The notes under the pieces: generated by a model
What the model was told of the DNA's origin: nothing
Databases searched by the model: none
What the model saw: only the letters and a program-made list of their open reading frames with translations
From: Tubulanus polymorphus
Lineage: Eukaryota > Animalia > Nemertea
Direction of reading: 5' to 3'
Length of the DNA: 64,000 nt
NCBI RefSeq assembly: GCF_964204645.1
Contig: NC_134036.1
Span: forward strand, 6,588,374-6,652,373
Translations under genes and position numbers: made by a program
Part shown: positions 11,346 to 24,037 of the stretch, one piece after another
Layout of the letters: each line of letters begins with the position of its first letter
How positions within the stretch are numbered: position 1 is the stretch's first letter

Positions 11346-12490
11346 CTTATTTGGTAATCTTTTGGGTAGTTTCAGAAATTTTGGGGAAAATCTTAGTTAT
11401 TGATTATTGATGTTTAGGCATTATCTGGTGATCATTTGGTCTATTGGCAATGGACTGTTGTTAGCTAAATTTGATATGTTATATTTTATATTTTCAATGG
11501 GACTATTTTCCTTGGAACTATTTCGGGGCAGATCTGAGCTGGGTTTTAGAAGAGAAGGAAGCCAACAAGGTTTATTCCTAAAACACTATTTTTTCCGACT
11601 AGGAATAATAGGACTTATTATCAATTTTAACCCAGTATTAAGTATTTATCCTCCACGGATTTATGCTAAGTTGGAGGAATGGAATAATTAGTGCTGTCGG
11701 AGTACAGATAATTTAGTGATTTATATTTTTTCTCCACTCCTGGAACCAAGAGATTTGTCAGAACTTGTATTATGCTGGATCACAGTTGAAGTAAAACTTT
11801 TGGTGTATACTGTACTTTCTTTCAAATAGAAAAGTTCTCTATTTGTATATCATCAGTGGAAAGAACATAGTTTCCATTTCTTTTTAATGAATCGAATTTA
11901 CGATAACTGGTGGTATTCGATTGCTACTCGTCATAGAATATCTACAACAGAATATCTACAACATTCGATGGATGGACCATTGATTTTTCAAACACGTTGA
12001 CGACAGTAGTCGCGGTGTTATTGCGTGTGACCAATAGAAATCTGGACGTTTCTAATATTTTCTCCGTTTCGCGGGAACTTTTTTCCTAATTTTGCGTAAG
12101 ACGTTGGTGATTTCTACGAGACTACATTTCTACATTTCCACACAGTTTTTCGACTACGGGACTGAATAAATTAATGATTATTTGTAATACACAAAACCAG
12201 ATACGCAGAATAGATAAGTATTGTTATCATTTTTTTGGTTTCATTGAATCTTGGTTAGGTTATGGTTGGGTAGTGTTTTTTTTTAAATTTTGGTTTGTCA
12301 GTCTAAAGCAAAATTTGAATGATATCTGCTATAGATTATTATAGTTATACGAGAATTTCTTTTATTTCTAAATTGTATAATCATTTCATTGTTTGATTTT
12401 GATTTAGTTGGTTTGACGTAGTTAACGAGGATTCAAATTTCTTTTGTTCCCAAGGCGCACGTTGGCCAATAACATTCCGGCACGTTGGCC
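11181..12490. repeat. Duplicated non-coding block, copy 2, including a (TA)n at about 11288-11341
   Basis: Near-identical to 606-1637. Confidence 0.93.
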
Positions 12491-13583
12491 AATAACATGT
12501 GGTCACTGTGGGGCAACGATTTATAAAACGCACGCGCTTGCTCCAGTTCCCAAGTCTAATTGGGAAATACCGGCTCAGTTAAGGGAGTGTCGGTGGGATT
12601 CGAACCCACCAAGTACCAAGTGATAGTTAATCAAATAATGATATAAATATTAATAACGTCCGGGAAACAAAAACAAACAAATAAAAATAATGATTTAATG
12701 GGAACAGTTGGGTTTAACGAAGAAGACAAGAAATGTAAATATCTTAGTCTAAGGGAATAGTTCAGAAAACATGATTCAGAAACTTGGTATGTAGTGTTGG
12801 TGGTTGGGAATATATTTCTAGTCGGAGAGTGGTTGATGGAGGCTGCAGATTATGTAGAAACCATACTAAATTTGGTAGAGAGAGATCACGTGGTTGAAAC
12901 TTGGTAGAGGGAGAGAGTAGTTGGGGAAACAAGTAGAGAGGGAGAGAGTTCGAATTTTGGCAGCCACCAGTACAGTTGTCAGTAGATCCTACGAGATTGC
13001 CTGGTCGTTAGTTTAATTTTTGGAGAAGTCATCTTAAGAGGCAATCGATCACAAGGATACTACCACCCAACGACAAATGAAATGTCGTTCATCGATAATT
13101 CCATAGCTTCCAGGCGTCTGTTATACGAAATAACTTGGTAGGGGGGAGGAAACGACGCGACACCCGCAATTCCAGACGGTTGTGTGAATAGATTCGATGA
13201 AGAGATGGCCTCAAGACGCGTGCAAAGTAACGATTTGAAAATATCAAAATAAAATCTATGTTATAATTCTGCCGGGACCTGTAGATGGTGCATGTTTGAT
13301 TGCAAATTGCGGGAAATTGAGTACGTTTGTCGTTGCCTAATGTTTTGTGAGACATCGAGGAGTGATGTGCGTTGCAATCCCACTGATCGCAACCATGATT
13401 ATCCTACCCGAATACCCTCCAGTCAAGAAAGTGCAGGGTAAAGAATAAAACTCTACTCAGCAAATACAACATTAAAAGTAGAAAACGGTCAAAACGCTCG
13501 TAGCGATCTGTGCAACCTTAACGATAAACTGGAAGAATAAAAGTATTCTGGGAAATAGTACTAAATCATAATTTTGACACCAG

Positions 13584-14579
13584 TGATATGTAGTGGGGTG
13601 AGTGGCTAGTAAAAGCTTGTAATCCCTTCGTTTCACCTCATCTCATTTCATCCCTCTGTGCGTTTCATACAACCGCCGGCCAGTGGTTGCCGTTAAAAAA
13701 TAAACCACCACTGAGCGGTGGTTTCTCGCATCCCAGCGGCTCTTTTTAAGAGCCAAAACCCTTGCATCCACGCTCAATCTCATTCACACACTTATGCCAA
13801 GCAGTACGTCGTTGCGACTTAAACTGGATCTAAGATCCCAGGCTAGTTATCATTGGAGGAGAACCCGGGCATGCGTAGGTCGTATCAAAAATGATCCTCG
13901 AGCGGACTCTCAACAATGAAAAGCCTGTAAACAGATACATGTAAATTATCAATACAAGTGATGAGACATATGTCATAAGTGAAACTTCATTAATATTATT
14001 CGAGGGATTGGGGCACGCCGTAGGTCCGTTGCAACCCTCTATTGGCTCGACCCGTGGCCGTTTTCCGTCTGTCTGGGGTTGGAGTACCCCTGAGTACATT
14101 GGAATTTCAAACACTAGGAGCCTCAGACCTCTTCAGATGTGAGGGCAAGGGTAGACAAATTTGCCCCACTGCTAGATCAATGAGGGCACGTTCAGTTTCC
14201 ACATGTGCTAGCGCCCTGTTCTTCAACGAACATGAGAAAATAATAAGATTTTGTGACATAGATACCAGGTATCCGGCCTCTACGAAGGATCGATCGACCT
14301 AGGTTTTAACGGACGATACGTGGCCAGTGGGCGCGAGTCGTCTTGGTCGATGTCGTGCCCTGGTGCGCCGACCAAAGCCATTGCCGCATGTAATATGTGC
14401 ATCATACAGCTACCGTATGTATATATATATATACATATATATATATACATATATATATATACATATAATCTGCAGCATTCTTTATAGTATCTTAAATTTT
14501 GGACAAAAAAAATCAAGATTCTTTTTTTTCGTGAAGAGGGGAACATGTGACAACGCGGTCATCGTCACATAATATTTAA
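13584..14579 (+). mobile_element. Degenerate Gypsy-like element: LTR 13584-13852, PBS 13854-13872, env-like remnant, PPT 14533-14543, LTR stub from 14546
   Basis: TGATA...TATCA termini. PBS TGGAGGAGAACCCGGGCAT matches 16/19 with the tRNA-Ala-type PBS TGGTGGAGAATGCGGGCAT as I recall it. GAAGAGGGGAA precedes TG. Confidence 0.7.
14024..14302 (+). pseudogene. Envelope (baculovirus-F/errantivirus-type) fragment
   Basis: PLLARPVAVFRLSGVGVPL then DLFRCEGKGRQICP...TCASALFFNEHEKIIRFC resembles the Cys-rich region of F-type env proteins, and it lies upstream of the PPT. Recognised by eye only. Confidence 0.55.
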
Positions 14580-14958
14580 TGATACATATAAAAAAACTAG
14601 ATATATCATCGTGGTGTGAATTCACTAAAAATCAAATATTTTAGATATTCTGTCAAAAACTATTAACTTCCCTATCATAAATTATGTTCAACAAAAATAT
14701 AAAGCTCTTAAATATTACTAACTTCCTGGTCATAAATCAGCTCACATATTATCCCTTCATTTCACTCTCATCTCATTTCATCCCTCAGTATATTCCCTAG
14801 ATAAAAACAGATCGCCACTGAGCGGTAGTTTCTCACATTGCATCGGCTCACACCCTCATACGTGTATCTCATCCACGCAACGGAATAGGAATAAATACAT
14901 AATAATATGATATTATGTCGTTTGTGATTTGAACTAGTAGATCTCAGGCTAGTTATCA
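14580..14958 (+). mobile_element. Solo-LTR-like element related to 13584-13852
   Basis: TGATA...GGCTAGTTATCA. Shares CATCTCATTTCATCCCTC and CCACTGAGCGGT with the 13.6-kb LTR. AATAAA ~14890. Flanks TTAA/TTAT (imperfect TSD). Confidence 0.6.
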
Positions 14959-16432
14959 TTATTTATTATCATTAGCATTATTAGCTGGAAGAAACGACTG
15001 TAGAATGTACTCCGTCGACGAAAATCGTGCCTACATGAATAAATCTATCTACCTCCTACGATAAACAATATATACGGACGTTTTTATTGTAACCAGTTGT
15101 CTTCAATGAATCATCCATACCGCCTAATCGTTTAGACATTCCCGAACATATATTAAAGCCGTACATATAGAAAGTTAATGGTGAATAATAGTTCAGCAAT
15201 ACCCTTCTAACTACCGATAAACGCACGTCAATTTTTCTGACAACTACGTTACGCTTATGCAAATATTCTCTCATATTGTCAAGTCCACCGTTACGCTGCT
15301 ACGGCAATATCCTTGAATTTGGAATAAGCTTTTTTACCCGAAATTCTTATCATGATTTATAGAGCAGAATATGTACAAAATACACGAATAGCTCGACAAA
15401 CTAGTGGAAATATAACCATTGTTAAGGCACAGCTAAGTAATTACATGTATCATGCACCTGTCACCGCACACCCCCCCCCCCCCCTGCTTTCGCAAAAATA
15501 TACAAAAACTAAAGAACCGCCAACATCCTAACGATAACGTAAGCATGGCCGGTTTGAACGAAAAAAAAGCGCTGGGCCACGCTCAGGATTTCCACGCATC
15601 GCGACAGCGATAAAAAAATTGTGCAAGCCATTTTCAGTCGAAAGTCCGAATGCATTTGCGGCCACGCAATACACGGCCCAGTCGATTGCACTCATGCAGG
15701 GATGCAAGCACCGCTTCACGGCACCGTTCAACCGAAGACGATAACAATTAACAGATAATCACATACTAATATAACGAAATATGAAATCCGGGAAGATTCC
15801 TAAAACCGATAATTTATTAATACAACGTTTCGCCTCTAACCAAATATAATATAGTCGTCTCCAGGAATATTGTATTACAATCGTTGATGTAGCCAAATAC
15901 TGAAAGGTGGCGATACTTTCGCGGAAGGAAAAATGATTCAAAAATTTCGAAAGTTAAGTATTACCAGCATTCCTGAAGATGATATTAGGTTATAGTCGAA
16001 GCATTGAATAGATATCAATTATCCGTTGTAAGGAAACCTCAAGGACTTTCATCTTTCAGCATCAGTGTCGGATTCGCTATTTATGCCCACAACACGTTGT
16101 ATACAACGATTCAAAACCGATCCGTTAAAAAAAAGTAACACGACTGTGGAGTATAACAGATGCGGGCCAACAGCCGCCTGCGGGACCTGACGATCCGGCT
16201 GTAGAACACATGGCATGGGTTGAACGGATATTAAGAAGCTTCCCCTTGTTTTACGGTGATACAGATGGAAATCCCACTCAATATAATCAGCAGATCAATC
16301 AACATTATATGGCCAGCTGCTATACCAATGCCTAGCTGGTTAGGAAGATATATTTATACTTATATTTATAGCTGAACTCACTCGCTTGTTTAATCTCGCT
16401 TTCTCGCATCTCTAGTCCCGCATGTCGGGGAC

Positions 16433-16914
16433 TATAGTGTGTATAATGAGCTATGTCTGTAACCGCAGTGTAACCTAGTTTTTATAATGATGTGTATGTG
16501 TAGGGTCGACCCTAGTTCCAGGACAAAAGGATTTCAAGAAGAAAGGATTTTACATTGAAAGGAGGGTAAAAGATTTTTATGATGAAGAGGCGACGGACGG
16601 TTGTTTGTTTATATTGCGTTTCCAGGTAGCGGTAACGACCTTGGCTCAATGAATTCTAAGTCTGCAGTGTATCGACCGTGTTGGTCGTTGGAAACTAATA
16701 AAGGCAGTAGCTAGTTAGATATCATACTGAACACACCGTGTTGCTGCGTTATCCATCGTCCGGAACGACCTGGGCTATCTAGTGGACATACCACGTTCAC
16801 ACCGCAAATAAAGTGGACGTGTTTTACCTTACTCTAACGTCGTTTCATTTTAACATACATCTGAGCTAGGAACCCGCGGAATCAACGGGGAGAGGCCATC
16901 CTTAGTAGACTACA
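16433..16914 (+). mobile_element. Possible degenerate solo LTR
   Basis: TATAGT...ACTACA ends, two AATAAA, and ATCTGAGCTAG shared with the LTR at 19142-19492; no TSD. Confidence 0.35.
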
Positions 16915-19107
16915 TTTCACAAAACCCGCCGAGCCCGCGTCTGGTCGCTGAATAAGAGAATCAATCAACTTGGATCTGACAGATATGCTAAAAATGTATA
17001 TACGTTGGTTAGTGATACAGAGATCAATTTACTGCGTAAAATTCATTCCATCTCCTATACTCATAATACATTTCATAATCCTTTACATTTCATATAAGCA
17101 AGCTCTTCGGAAAAAACAGCCGAGGAATTTTCCCGATAACAATAGTTGTTTCCCTCGCTGGGGTTGCCTTATTTGCTTACGCGTTATATAGAACGCACGT
17201 ATAAATCCACATCCTTCGCTCATTGCCACTATCATTCCTACCTTCGTTACCGCTGATAAACATATCTATAGCGACAGTTTTTTTTGGGACCGAATAAAGC
17301 TCCGTCATATGAAAAGAACTAACCGTTGATTTGCGTTGTTTTCATTTGCCGGAATATCTTAAACGCGGAATGGATTCTATTCCAGGGTTTTACGTCTACC
17401 GGGAAATGAAAACGACGTTATCAATGTGACAACAGTTGCTCGTTTCACTATTATTCTGGCAGGGTATCAAGGGGAGTTACAGGGGACTCGTTAAATGAGG
17501 TATAATTTTACAGAATGTTGATTTTTTTTTAGAGTACCTATGGGGTGGAGTGCTTTGGCAGATCTTTTGAATGACCGGCTTGCTATGTCATGTGTATAAA
17601 TTTGACAAGTGGTAGTATATATATAATGAATGTGTTTTTAAAGTTATATATCATTTAGTTGTAGCTGCTGCGTTATCGGATTAATCTTACAATATATAAT
17701 CAGTGTAATATATAATAATACATATGACAGGGGAGGCACGGGTGAGCCGAAATTTTCGGTGGGTGATAAGATTCTTGATATATACCTACCAAAATTATAG
17801 CTAATACAATTAAGTCAATTCGAGACCTGCTATCCCAAGATTACCCAGGCTTTGTGTTAAGAAATGCTATAAATTTCAGAGATATAAAGAATAGTAACAT
17901 AAGAAAACATAAGAAAAAATTTCCGGGTATTAATAAGTAAATTACCAGGTATTAATAATCAATTTGTATTAGAAATATAAAAGAATCTTAAGATAACGGA
18001 CGTATATAACTTTGCGACTGATATGTAATACGGTTAGGGTGGAAATATCTAAATAATGAATTTTTGATTAAGTAACTCTGCGATATTCTCTTATAAGGAA
18101 TTGTACCAGGCATAACCTGCAAATGCATTTTTTTCTTATATCAGTTGCCCATTTTTTTATATTTATCATCAACTCCAGTATGTTAAACCATAATTTGGGT
18201 AAAAACTGGGAAGGAAAATTAGTTAGTAATTAGAGGAATGCATTTAAAAAAAATTAAAAAAAAAACCGATGTCTTACTATATTTCAGATATATTTTGTGC
18301 TTAAAATGTTTTAATTCTCCGGGTCACTATCGAGAAAACTGTTATGCGTACGACGGACAGCTCGTGATCAAACTTGCCAGTGAACAGATTTCCAATTAAA
18401 AAGATGCGAAACTTGCGTTTCTCATCCGCCTTCATTTTCGTCGCTCGCTCGGATTCAGACTAAAATTAGTGGTACGGTTCCAGTATCAAGGTACCAATAT
18501 ATACTTCCGACTCATATTCCTGCCGATTTGCCGATAATTTTCTAGCGTGGCTTACTGCAGACAACAAATAGCGAACACCTGGACTATCTGACCAGGTGTA
18601 CTTACGTCAGATTAACGGAAGCAAGCGCTTATAATTAATCGACAGCTTCATTCATTATAAATATAAACAGTGCATTATGGTCGGAGTCGCGAATGCGGTG
18701 CCGTGCGTACCTAGATAATCATTTACTTCGGTACCAGCTGCAGCAAACTGTGAGTGTTACCCAGCCGATCCACTCACTTTACCGGACACTAACTATCAAC
18801 ACGTAACCACTAAGCTGGCTCTTCCTTTTAAACCTCGCGTGTGATTCCGAAAAGAACTGCGTACAACGTCAATGAAATGAACAGTGAGACATTCGTTTTA
18901 ATTATGAACTGACTGCGTCGTGAAAACATCGGTTGCTGATATTTGGATAAGAGAACTAGTTTTTGTTCTTAAATGGTGATCCAGTGGATTGAGAATTACT
19001 ATTTACTGTTTATTTATTGCCGACTATCTACTATTTACTTTTCTGTCAAAAAAAAGAAACTATTACATGTATCTATGTATTAATGTAGAGGTTTAATTTT
19101 TTTTTAC

Positions 19108-19492
19108 GATTCGGGGTCGAATCCTCGGAAGGTGGGGCAACTGATATATAGCCCATGTACTATATATATTATTTGTTACAACATTTCATCCCATCATTCA
19201 TCCTCATTTCATCTCCTCATACATACATTTCATGTAGAGAGTTGAACCGTCGGTCAGTTTACCATATCGGGTAAGGAAATCCGATCCCGACGGTGAGATT
19301 CTCAACTCCCATCATTTTAGAATATAGTAGTACCCCTCCCTCGATCAACGCCATTCGTACCTCCACACTCATCCGGATCAGTCGGTAATAAATGCACAAT
19401 ACATATATCTACATTCACGAGTGGTCATTTCTATATTTTACGGACAATCATTTTACGGACAATACATATCTGAGCTAGTTACCCATATATCA
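19108..19492 (+). mobile_element. 3' end of an LTR retrotransposon: hairpin and PPT (19108-19137) plus LTR 19142-19492
   Basis: GATTCG-GGGT-CGAATC hairpin, GGAAGGTGGGG PPT, perfect 8-bp inverted termini TGATATAT...ATATATCA, AATAAA near 19387. Confidence 0.75.
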
Positions 19493-22400
19493 AGATAACA
19501 AATTGTTGAAATTGATTTGACTCTCTTATTGATACAGAGTTCAGCTATGATTATATAATCATCTGGGCATATTTAAACATAATTCCTCTTCAGTTTTAAA
19601 TAGACCTCTAGAGTTTTTTACGCCTATAGCTGACCATATTTAGTTACGCAGTACAGTATGAGTACTGAGTCATGTAGTTTACCTCTGCAGTTACTAACCA
19701 TCAGGCTCCGGGGAGGGACCTAACACTAAGTCTCTAACACCATGTCATTCCTAAGCTTTCCTCCACTAAAATCACTAATTAAAATCATGAGACCACCGGT
19801 CATGTGACGTTTGGGAATAAAATACCCGCACTTAAAACTTGCGGGGTTGGTTTAGTTTGGATTTTGGAAAAGCCAATAACGCTCTTGTTTCGCTCAAATT
19901 TTATTCTATCTGCAGTTAGTTCAGGTCATATAACCGTACGCAAAATTATATATGAAAACATATTCAACTTGATATGACATTGGATGTAAAGGATTCTAAC
20001 ACACGAGCGACGAATAAATATTTTCTCCTCGCGGACATGTACCGTGCATCATCACAGATTTTAAGTCGTCAGCGAATAAAAACTTGTCGGTGACGCCATT
20101 CAGTTTGACACAATTCTTTCTCTAGTTTATAGTTTGAACCGCTCTTATCAGTACACTTTCATTCAGGCATTACGGTAATTCGACTCTCTTTAGATAAACG
20201 ACTACTTCCAGGCATCACCCACGTCTCTCTTTCCTCTGCGCATGCGTATATAATCATAACCTTATAGTTTCTAGTAAGTCAGTTAGTCATCATAACCTTA
20301 TAGTTTCTAGTAAGTCAGTTAGTCATTTGGAAATTCATGAGTTAGATCTTATCAATCGATAGTCGCCACTCGGACGGCCAGAGTCGACGACAAAACTCAT
20401 ATGCTTTAAAAGATTTTGAAATCGAGCGTCTTCGATTCTTCGCCCCGCGGATAAATTCTAGTAAGATCTAAACCCAAGTATACTAACCCCCGCATCCTAG
20501 CCTAAGTTATCGACAAAAAAAGTAATAAAATGATTTCACTTATCTTTGTATCGCAATCCGAACATTCTCCACTCTAGCTGCGCCGACCGGTGCTCGCTTC
20601 GCGCTGCGCTGCCGAACACTGTTTTTTTCTCACAGAGCGAATTTAGATAACTGACTCCGAAAGCCCGGTCTGGAGATTTACAACCGTCACGTGTTGAACT
20701 GCTGCTAAAAACATGCTTTCCTATATTCTACCTACAAGCAATCCTATATTTAACGTTCGATAATTGCTCGTAAATTCTACAGGCTCCGAGAGATCACCAG
20801 GCGCCCAACCTACATAAAGGAAAATAGTAATTAGATACGGTTTAACATGTGCTTATTTTCTAAATTTTCTTAGTCGACGCGCGGGCGCAAAGTACAAAGA
20901 ACGTTCTTATCGTAAAGAAACGTTAAGAAATTATTTTCTTTCTTTTTCATCGATATTCACTCAAAGATACACTGCAAACTACTTTCGACTGTAAATTATA
21001 TAAGTGGTAAACGGTCGTTGAGAAGAAAAACTGCGCGACTATTGACCACTGGACGAAAAACAAAGACATACCTATAGTTTTAGGATAGCCACATTAAAAC
21101 CGGTATTTGAGCTTCGATCGAGACATTGCCTATTTCATCAAATAGTAGCCAAATTGATGCAAAATATATATTCGCGATTGAGACGTTAGTACGATCCGAC
21201 TTATAAAACTAGATACCGCGTACCGCGGTGAAGCTATTTCGCGCATTAATATATCGACATCGAAATGTTGAAATGTGTGGCCATTCAAAAATGAAACTGC
21301 GAGCGTTTCTCATCACCGCAGGCGCGTCGGTAAAATCAACATTTTTGGGGCTTGGAAATAGATGCACATTCTAGGCCTAAATATAAACGAAAGCTGTCTC
21401 GCTCCAGCGCTTCTTCAATCATCCGCTAAATATTTCAGTTCAAGGTAACTGTTTTATATAAAAGCTCAGGTAAAAATGAACACCTCCCTCATCGATTATT
21501 CACAGTCGTTGCTGATCGCCGTGACCTACGCCAAAATGTTGCGCGTCGAAAGGTAACTTTTGATCCCTGGATCTATCATAAACCCGAAGGAAGTTTTCAA
21601 TCCGAGTGAAAGCCTGCTGCAAGCCCATGAAAATAGGTTATGAATCCTCCACTAGTAGGCTAGTTAGTATAAGCTATTAACTTATTTCCGTACAAAGGGA
21701 GATATCTTCCAAAATGACTAATTACGTTTTGTACCTCGTTTCGTTATGATTTCCAGCTTTTACTAAATCTAATGCCTCGTTGTAATAAGTTCACATTTTA
21801 AACTATGCCAAAAACCTATTATCAGGACCAAAGAATTGCCGCATCAACACGAAACACTCCCATCCAATAACCGTGATGTATCCTCCTAAATACCTCCCAC
21901 CAATCTATATAATAGTTATCTAGATATTCTATAATACTCGATCTCTACGAGCGATATTATACTGAAAGAAGAAATGGATTCTATGATTCTACTCACCGGC
22001 AGTTCGCCTCCAGCACGGCCGTATAATCCAGTGTGAACATGGCGTGTACCGTCTACTATAGTGCCAAGAGGGAAAAGAGGGTGGATGCAGAACAGCTGCT
22101 CTGCGCCGCGTATGAAACCAACTTAGCGAATTGCATGAACAGCTGCGCCGGATGCATCTTAGCCAGACAGCGATTGTGAAAAACGAACTACTAATACGTT
22201 ATACTGTTTTTCAACCAACGCGTATATTCGTAATTTCGTATACGACTCATGACTGCCTTTAACTATCTATAATAGTGTGTTTTGAACAATTTCAAACGAT
22301 CGTATTTTTTCATTCAGTTCGGATTCATACGGATTTTCATTTAACCAGCGCGTAGTTCATCAACATGTATAAAACTCATGACAGCTGTTTAGCGTGCAAA

Positions 22401-23299
22401 TGGGTTGATGTTATTGCACGGCTCTGTCCTGTTTTGTGAATGAACGTTCCGTGAAGATATCCGAGTGCGTTGTGACCATGACGCTTACAAAAGAACTATA
22501 TATATATATATTATATGTATATGTACCCGGTTCACGGAATCAGGTCGGGCTCCCAGAAAAGGTGCTCCCAGAAAATGTTCGATATTTCTTTCTCGGGGCA
22601 GAGATGCCATCTGAACCCGTTCGGAGCACCAAATCTACCCTTCCTTCCATCAGCAATGGTTATTTTAACCTGTTCGATACACATCCGCTTGTCGGGGAAT
22701 TGATATAAATGACACAAAAAGCCGGTTCACGGAATGAGGTCGGGCTTTTTGTATCATTTATATCTAAATGTCCTCGGTCCCGATGATCTTAGTTATCGTG
22801 CTATCGTATTGATTCGGGACTGTTTGTTGGATACTACAGAACAGTGCGGACAGGAGCCACAAGAGTAAATGGGAAATTCGACCACTTTGGTGCGATACAT
22901 TTTATCTTCGGGTTGCGTAATCTAAATATATAGACAAACGTTGTTAACGTCGTTTACATTGGCTAGTTCTATATTCGGCGCGCGTTGTACCGAAGAATAT
23001 CGACAGAAAACAGAAATTAGTCCAGATCAATTTCCTTTTTGAATAACAATTCATTTCTGACGTTTCGACTTTATCCTATATATAAATATGATCCATCACA
23101 GAACATCATCTGAGTGTGGTATGATTTCTGCAGACACGTACTCAATCTTTATGACGACCAAAGGGTAAGATTAGTGAGTTGTGCACTCAAAAGGCCGCTG
23201 GGTTTGTAAGGGGAATCAAATCAAAAAACGAAATCTACCGGCTATCGGACATGAGTTTGCTCAGTTAACGAGAAACAAATATGCATGTATTTCACCATC

Positions 23300-23573
23300 T
23301 CCCTGGGCAGGGATTCGAACATGATGGCATCGAGACTCTTGCCACGGTACGAGACCCTGCCGTACTAGACCGATAGCGCAGCTACACGCGCAACTTAGAC
23401 GATGTCATTATTAGCCAATCAGATATCCCGTTTAATTTTTTTTTTCTACGAAATTTGAGAGACCAGAGAATAATATTCGATCAAAGAAACTCTGTCGGTA
23501 CCAGGGTTTGAACCCATGAACCCACGATTGACGGGACCAGTGACTGGTGGCTTAACCCGCAGTCACTGCGGCC
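23300..23573 (-). mobile_element. tRNA-derived SINE-like heads (two degenerate copies)
   Basis: Minus-strand B-box-like TGTTCGAATCC (~23311-23321) and GGTTCAAACC (~23505-23514) with A-box-like sequence upstream; no complete cloverleaf. Confidence 0.4.
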
Positions 23574-23889
23574 AGACAATCAAAGTCACGTAAGTTTTGG
23601 TTAGTAAAGCCGTTTCAAATTTCTTTTAAAACCCCTATAGTAGTTTAACCCCTTAAGCCACCTTTTTAATGTTTTATTTTGTAGTTAAGGTACCCAGGCT
23701 TATTTCTAAATTTCTAGTTAATATTCGAAAAATAGTTTTTTCTTAATACTTCGATTTTGACTTGAATCATCATAGTTTCTGTTTTTGCTGCATGGTTACA
23801 AGAGCCTGCTCTTAGTTGTCTTAGCAATAACATAAAATAAGACCCACTTTGGTGTTGATAGTGATTCTGATGGCGTGTATTGATGGCGT

Positions 23890-24037
23890 GACCGACCGAC
23901 CGACCGACCGACCGACCGACCGACCGACCGACCGACCGACCGACCGACCGACCGACCGACCGACCGACCGACCGACCGACCGACCGACCGACCGACCGAC
24001 CGACCGACCGACCGACCGACCGACCGACCGACCGACC
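23890..24037. repeat. (GACC)37 microsatellite
   Basis: Perfect tetranucleotide repeat, possibly the core of a Helentron-type non-autonomous element starting ACAAGAG near 23798. Confidence 0.97.

Noticed and set aside
12588-12610. GTCGGTGGGATTCGAACCCACC, the complement of a tRNA T-arm/B-box
   Set aside because: No full cloverleaf and no TGG after a clear LTR end, so it cannot be called a tRNA gene or PBS.
13738-13754. Histone 3' stem-loop-like GGCTCTTTTTAAGAGCC
   Set aside because: The loop is 5 nt rather than 4, there is no upstream histone CDS, and it lies within an LTR.
15972-16006. Penelope-type minimal hammerhead-like CTGAAGA...GTCGAAG (similar degenerate hits at ~29324 and ~46320)
   Set aside because: The catalytic GAAA and closing stems are not intact; at most decayed remnants.
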